Source: Candidatus Multivoradales bacterium (GTDB lineage: Bacteria; Acidobacteriota; Thermoanaerobaculia; Multivoradales; JAHEKO01). Taken from it: a DNA stretch of 64,000 nt. A model generated the notes under the pieces. It saw only the letters and a list, made by a program, of their open reading frames with translations. It did no database searches and was not told where the DNA came from. The stretch lies in contig CBDCVR010000013.1 in the NCBI GenBank assembly GCA_965223155.1, positions 608,001-672,000 of the forward strand. Reading direction: 5' to 3'. Below are positions 59,648 through 64,000 of this stretch, piece by piece. Position 1 is the stretch's first letter; each line of letters opens with the position of its first letter. A program made the position numbers and the translations under genes.

Positions 59648-60522
59648 GAGCTTGGCAAGTAGGGTCCGACGATCGGATCGAGCGCCTGGCGAGTGGCTCC
59701 GGGGATGCGGTCGGGATCGGTGATGAGCGCGTGGCGCAGGCTTCCCTTGTAGGGGCTGTCCCGGTCTTCCTCGATTCGGCGTACCGAGAGGCGTACGACT
59801 TCCTGGGCGGTCGCAACGTTCCGGGCCAGCACTTCCAGGACGGCCGTCCCGCTGACGTCGTCCTCCTCCTCCCGCCAGCAGTCGTAATCGGTGACCATCG
59901 CCAGGGTGGCATAGCTCATCTCGGCCTCGCGGGCGAGCTTGGCCTCCTGCAGATTGGTCATGCCGATGATGTCGAACCCCCGGCGCCGGTACTCCTGCGA
60001 CTCGGCCAGGGTGGAGAAGGCCGGACCCTCCATATTGACGTAGACGCCGCCCTCGTGAACCGTCGCGCCGGACTCTCGCGCTCCATCCCCGAGCCAGCGG
60101 GAAAGCTCGGCGCACACCGGATGGGCAAAGCCCACGTGAGCGACCAGGCCCTCGCCGAAGAAGGTATCGGCGCGATGTCGAGTTCGGTCGTAGAACTGAT
60201 CGGGAATGACGATATGCGTCGGCTCGTACCGGCGGCGCAGCGATCCCACGGCCGACACCGACACGATCCACTCGACCCCGAGAACCTTCATGCCGTAGAG
60301 GTTTGCCCGGAAGTTGAGCTCGGACGGCAGCAGCCGGTGGCCGCGTCCGTGCCGCGCCAAGAAGACGACCTCCTTGCCCTCGAGGCGTCCGATCACGAAC
60401 GGATCGGACGGAGCCCCAAATGGGGTCTCGACCTCCCGTTCTTCGAGCACTTCCATGCCCGCCATCCGGTACAGGCCACTACCGCCGATCACACCGATCC
60501 TGATCCTGGAAGCTCCGGTCAA
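59644..60522 (-). CDS. mtnP: S-methyl-5'-thioadenosine phosphorylase
   Basis: IGGSGLY, TPFGAPSD, RHGRGH, SAVGSL, MEGPAFST, IGMT, VTDYDCW. Confidence 0.93.
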   Translation of the reverse strand: MTGASRIRIGVIGGSGLYRMAGMEVLEEREVETPFGAPSDPFVIGRLEGKEVVFLARHGRGHRLLPSELNFRANLYGMKVLGVEWIVSVSAVGSLRRRYEPTHIVIPDQFYDRTRHRADTFFGEGLVAHVGFAHPVCAELSRWLGDGARESGATVHEGGVYVNMEGPAFSTLAESQEYRRRGFDIIGMTNLQEAKLAREAEMSYATLAMVTDYDCWREEEDDVSGTAVLEVLARNVATAQEVVRLSVRRIEEDRDSPYKGSLRHALITDPDRIPGATRQALDPIVGPYLPSS

Positions 60523-60555
60523 ACTCGCTCCTTGCGCAAGGCGCCCGGGCCGTCG

Positions 60556-61533
60556 CTAGGCCAGGGCCCGAAATCCGTGCTGCGCGATCTTCTCACCAAC
60601 CGTCAGCGCCGTCGACAGGGCTTGCCGGCCCTGTGCTCCATCGACGAAAAACACGTCCTCGCCGCTGCAAGCGGCGAGAAAGGCCGCAAGCTCGCAGCGG
60701 AGCGGCTCGTCTCGCTGGATCGCCAGGTCCACCTTCTCGAGGTCTCGAACCTCGGCGTCCTGCCGTAGCCGGTAGCCCTTGATTTCCTGCGCCTGATAGT
60801 CGAGGGACAGGTAGGCCCCGGGCACGATCAGGCGCAGCTTCCGGACCTTCTGGTCGGATACCCGGGAGGCGGTCACGTTGGCGACGAAGCCGGAGGCGAA
60901 CTCGAGCCGCACATTAGCGATATCGAACCGATCCGTGAGCACGTTGACGCCCACCGCCGACACTTTTTCGAGCCGGCTCCGATCCAGGCTGTGGAGAATC
61001 TGCAGGTCGTGGATCATGAGATCCAGAACCACGTCGATGTCGAGGCTCCGCGGCGAGAACGAGCCCAGGCGGTGGACTTCGGCAAAGCCCGGCGGCAGCC
61101 CCATCCCGAGCAACGCCTGTACCGCCGGGTTGTAGAACTCCACATGACCGACCGCCAGGACGCGATCCCCGGCGGCGGCAAGCATGCGATCGGCTTCTTC
61201 CAGATCCCGGGCGATCGGCTTCTCCACCAGCGCGTGAACACCGCGCTCCAGAAGCTCGCAGCCGATCTCACAGTGGGTGGACGTCGGGGTCGCAACCACG
61301 GCGGCTTGGATCTCACCGGCAAGCTCGTCCCGGTTCTCGAAAGCGCGGGTGCCGAACTCGGCCGCCACCGCTTGCGCCCGCTCGCGGTCGAGGTCGTGGA
61401 CGCCGATCAGATCGACCCCGGTCAGGTCGGCACTGGCCAGTCCCGCCAGGATCCGTACGTGGTGGCGTCCCAGCGCTCCGGTGCCGAAGACGCCGACGCG
61501 GAGGGGCCCCCTGCTGGCCTCCAGCCCAGTCAT
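60556..61533 (-). CDS. Gfo/Idh/MocA oxidoreductase (GnnA-like by context)
   Basis: GTGALGRHH, LVEKPIA, GHVEFYNP, DLMIHD, TASRVS; directly after lpxA. Confidence 0.85.
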   Translation of the reverse strand: MTGLEASRGPLRVGVFGTGALGRHHVRILAGLASADLTGVDLIGVHDLDRERAQAVAAEFGTRAFENRDELAGEIQAAVVATPTSTHCEIGCELLERGVHALVEKPIARDLEEADRMLAAAGDRVLAVGHVEFYNPAVQALLGMGLPPGFAEVHRLGSFSPRSLDIDVVLDLMIHDLQILHSLDRSRLEKVSAVGVNVLTDRFDIANVRLEFASGFVANVTASRVSDQKVRKLRLIVPGAYLSLDYQAQEIKGYRLRQDAEVRDLEKVDLAIQRDEPLRCELAAFLAACSGEDVFFVDGAQGRQALSTALTVGEKIAQHGFRALA

Positions 61534-61538
61534 CCGGG

Positions 61539-62363
61539 CTAGCCGGCGCCGCTGCCGCGGGCGCTCCGGGTGCCGGGCAGGGCCTTGACCACGCCGCGCT
61601 CCGAGGAGCGTACGAAGTCCACCAGCACGGCTACGTCGGCGTCGCTGCCGAGCTCGTCCTGGATGCGTTCCAGGGCCTGGGTGGTGTTGAGGCCGGAGCG
61701 CAACAGGATCCGCGCCGCCGCGCCGATCGCCTTGACCCGGTCCTCGTCGAACCCCTTGCGGGTCAGACCGATGGAATTGACGCCGAAACACGCCGGCTTG
61801 ACCCCCACGGTCTTCATGAAGGGCAGCGCGTCCTTGGTGACCACCGAGTAGCCGCCGATGTAGGCGTGCCGGCCGACCCGGCAAAACTGGTGAATCGAGC
61901 TAAAAGCGCCGATCGTAGCGTCGTCCTCGACGTCGACGTGTCCGGCCAAGGTCGCCGCGTTGGTCATCACGATCCGGTTGCCGACCTGGCAGTCGTGGGC
62001 GACATGGGTGTAGGCCATGAAGAGATTGTCGTCGCCGATGCGCGTGTCGCCTCCGCCCAGAGCCGTGCCCCGGTTGATGGTGCAAAACTCGCGGAAGGTG
62101 TTGCCCGAGCCCACCGTCAGCGTCGTGCGCTCACCCTGGAACTTGAGATCCTGGGGATCGGTGCCGACGCAGGCGTTCGCGTACACCAGGTTGCTCTTGC
62201 CCAGGACCATCGGGCCGGCGAGCTGCGCGGCCGATCCGATCCGGCAGCCGTCCCCGACCGCCACCTCGGCGCCGATCACGGCGTAGGGTCCGACCTCGAC
62301 GTCGGTGCCCAGCTCGGCTCGGTCATCGACCACCGCGGTGGGATGAATCACGACTCCGGCCAT
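61539..62363 (-). CDS. lpxA: Acyl-ACP--UDP-N-acetylglucosamine O-acyltransferase
   Basis: IHPTAVV hexapeptide repeats, PQDLKF, TINRGT, HVAHDC, LAGHV, HQFCRVG. Confidence 0.96.
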   Translation of the reverse strand: MAGVVIHPTAVVDDRAELGTDVEVGPYAVIGAEVAVGDGCRIGSAAQLAGPMVLGKSNLVYANACVGTDPQDLKFQGERTTLTVGSGNTFREFCTINRGTALGGGDTRIGDDNLFMAYTHVAHDCQVGNRIVMTNAATLAGHVDVEDDATIGAFSSIHQFCRVGRHAYIGGYSVVTKDALPFMKTVGVKPACFGVNSIGLTRKGFDEDRVKAIGAAARILLRSGLNTTQALERIQDELGSDADVAVLVDFVRSSERGVVKALPGTRSARGSGAG

Positions 62364-62367
62364 GGCT

Positions 62368-62811
62368 CTATCGCTTCACCATCGCTGAAGTCAGCAGGGC
62401 CTCGGCAACCACCTCGCCGTCCACCGACGCCTTCCCCTCGATCTTGGCGAACATCCGTCGCGCCTTCTGCACCTCGACGTCGAAGACCAGCTGATCCCCC
62501 GGCACGACCGGCCGTCGGAAGCGCACGTTGTCCGCGCCCGCCAGGTAGATCAGCGAATCCTCGCGGTCACCGCGGTCGTGCAGCATCAGAATCCCGGCCG
62601 CTTGGGCCATGGCCTCCAGAATCAGCACCCCGGGCATCACCGGACGCTCGGGGAAGTGTCCGCCGAAGAACGGCTCGTTGACCGTGACGTTCTTGATCGC
62701 CTGGGCGCTCTTGCCTGGATCCAGCCGCGTCACCCGGTCCAGCAAGAGGAACGGGTACCGGTGCGGCAGCACCGACTTGATCCACTCGACGTCGTAGCTC
62801 TCCGAGCTCAG
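62368..62811 (-). CDS. fabZ: 3-hydroxyacyl-ACP dehydratase FabZ
   Basis: [39 protein letters not shown]; N-terminus extended to a putative CTG at 62811. Confidence 0.95.
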   Translation of the reverse strand: MSSESYDVEWIKSVLPHRYPFLLLDRVTRLDPGKSAQAIKNVTVNEPFFGGHFPERPVMPGVLILEAMAQAAGILMLHDRGDREDSLIYLAGADNVRFRRPVVPGDQLVFDVEVQKARRMFAKIEGKASVDGEVVAEALLTSAMVKR

Positions 62812-62815
62812 AGCC

Positions 62816-63388
62816 TCAGCTCCCCTGAGATTCCTCGGACGCCGACGAGGAGTCGAATCGGGCCAACACGAGGTCGGTGATATCGATGGCCTCGTTGGCG
62901 AAGACCAGGCCGCTCTCGTACTTGTTGAAGATCATGGTGTAGCCCATCTCGCTGCCGACGGCCTGGATGATGGGCATGACCTCGCGCTGGATCTCCTCGA
63001 GCATGTCGTTCTGCTTGGCGGCGAACTCGCGGTTGGCATCATCCCCGAACCGCTGCATGGCGACGAGTCTCTCCTCCAAGTCCTTCTGAAGCTCGGCCAG
63101 CCGTTCGGCCGAGAGGGAAAGCTGGCCCTCGGTGATCTGCTTGCGCAGCGCGGCGGCCTCGTCGCTCATCTGCTTGCCCTCGGCCTGCTTGGTCTCCTGC
63201 CAGGTGCGCAGGTCCTCGATCGCCGCCTTGCCGGTGGCGGACTCTTCCAACAGACGACCGACGTCAATCACGCCGACCTTGAGGCCCGAGCCGTCCTGAG
63301 CGGCGGCCGGTACTGGTGCGACCGCGAGGACGGCCAGAATTCCGGCAAGCGCCGCGAGGCCTCGGATGTGTACGAATTGTGTCTTCAT
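62816..63388 (-). CDS. skp: OmpH/Skp periplasmic chaperone
   Basis: Signal peptide, KVGVID, coiled coil, GYTMIF, DITD; follows bamA. Confidence 0.92.
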   Translation of the reverse strand: MKTQFVHIRGLAALAGILAVLAVAPVPAAAQDGSGLKVGVIDVGRLLEESATGKAAIEDLRTWQETKQAEGKQMSDEAAALRKQITEGQLSLSAERLAELQKDLEERLVAMQRFGDDANREFAAKQNDMLEEIQREVMPIIQAVGSEMGYTMIFNKYESGLVFANEAIDITDLVLARFDSSSASEESQGS

Positions 63389-63402
63389 TTTCCTGTCGAC
63401 TC

Positions 63403-64000
63403 CTAGAAAGTGGTTCCTACGCTGAACTGGAAGCTCTCGAAGCGGTCGTCGAGGAACTCGTCCGGGTTGTAGGCATAGATAAAACGAAGAGGTGCCCCGA
63501 AGATCGGCACCATGACCCGTAGCTCGAGCCCGAGGCTGGAGCGCATGTGGCTCAGGTCGATCGACTGGTTCTCGGCGAACACGTTGCCGGCATCGAAGAA
63601 GGCCAGCAGGCGAAACGGGCCGCCCAGAACGAAATGATACTCCAAGTTCATCTGGAAGAAGCTGTCGCCACCAAGCGCGAATCCCAGCTCGTCCCGTACC
63701 GTCTGATCGTCTTCGTCGCGAACCCAGATGCCCCGGGAACGAAAGCCCCGTACGCTGTTCTCGCCGCCCATGAAAAAGCGGTCCAGGAAGAAAAGCTCCT
63801 TGCCGCCGAACGGGGTGATGTATCCGGCCTCGACGTTGAGGCCGGCGACGGTCTTCAACCGGTTCTTGGTCACCGGACGGTAGATCGAGAAGGCCGCCCG
63901 GGGGCGGATGAAGTTGGTATTGCCGCCCAGAGCGCCGCCGGCGTACTCGACGCCCATCGAATAGCGAATGCCACGAGTGGGCTCGAAGCGGCTGTCACGC
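63403..64000 (-). CDS. bamA: Outer-membrane assembly factor BamA, C-terminal part (5' truncated by the window)
   Basis: FFMGGENSVRGF (VRGF motif), FFDAGNVF, PLRFIYA, terminal FSVGTTF. Confidence 0.93.
   Translation of the reverse strand, partial: RDSRFEPTRGIRYSMGVEYAGGALGGNTNFIRPRAAFSIYRPVTKNRLKTVAGLNVEAGYITPFGGKELFFLDRFFMGGENSVRGFRSRGIWVRDEDDQTVRDELGFALGGDSFFQMNLEYHFVLGGPFRLLAFFDAGNVFAENQSIDLSHMRSSLGLELRVMVPIFGAPLRFIYAYNPDEFLDDRFESFQFSVGTTF

Overview
This is a gene-dense, high-GC (roughly 70% by eye) chromosomal segment from a diderm bacterium. Three Acidobacterial-type VWA proteins and an ASPIC/UnbV protein suggest Acidobacteriota, which is an inference. It holds about 58 CDS and one tRNA-Arg(CCT). 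Housekeeping genes include smc, lon, tal-pgi-pgl, guaA, gpsA, plsY, cinA, thiD, lgt, apt, surE, pcm, mtnP and bamA-skp-fabZ-lpxA. An accessory stretch at about 19-42 kb is rich in exported proteins. I saw no transposase, integrase, prophage, CRISPR array or rRNA. The most notable observations are five. (1) An AhpD/CMD-like gene split by the ORF finder reads through an in-frame UGA in a CxxU motif and has a SECIS-like hairpin, so it is a probable selenoprotein; it also carries a 9-bp tandem repeat. (2) A probably exported Fam20/PI3K-fold kinase-like gene sits beside an exported histidine phosphatase and a VWA protein, a candidate extracytoplasmic phosphorylation module. (3) Many genes have a leaderless architecture, with a -10 hexamer 6-7 nt before the start codon, including a 22-bp bidirectional promoter. 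(4) A CopA-type ATPase is broken by a single-base frameshift. (5) An SGNH hydrolase is fused to a dockerin. All assignments come from motif recognition by eye; no database search was run.
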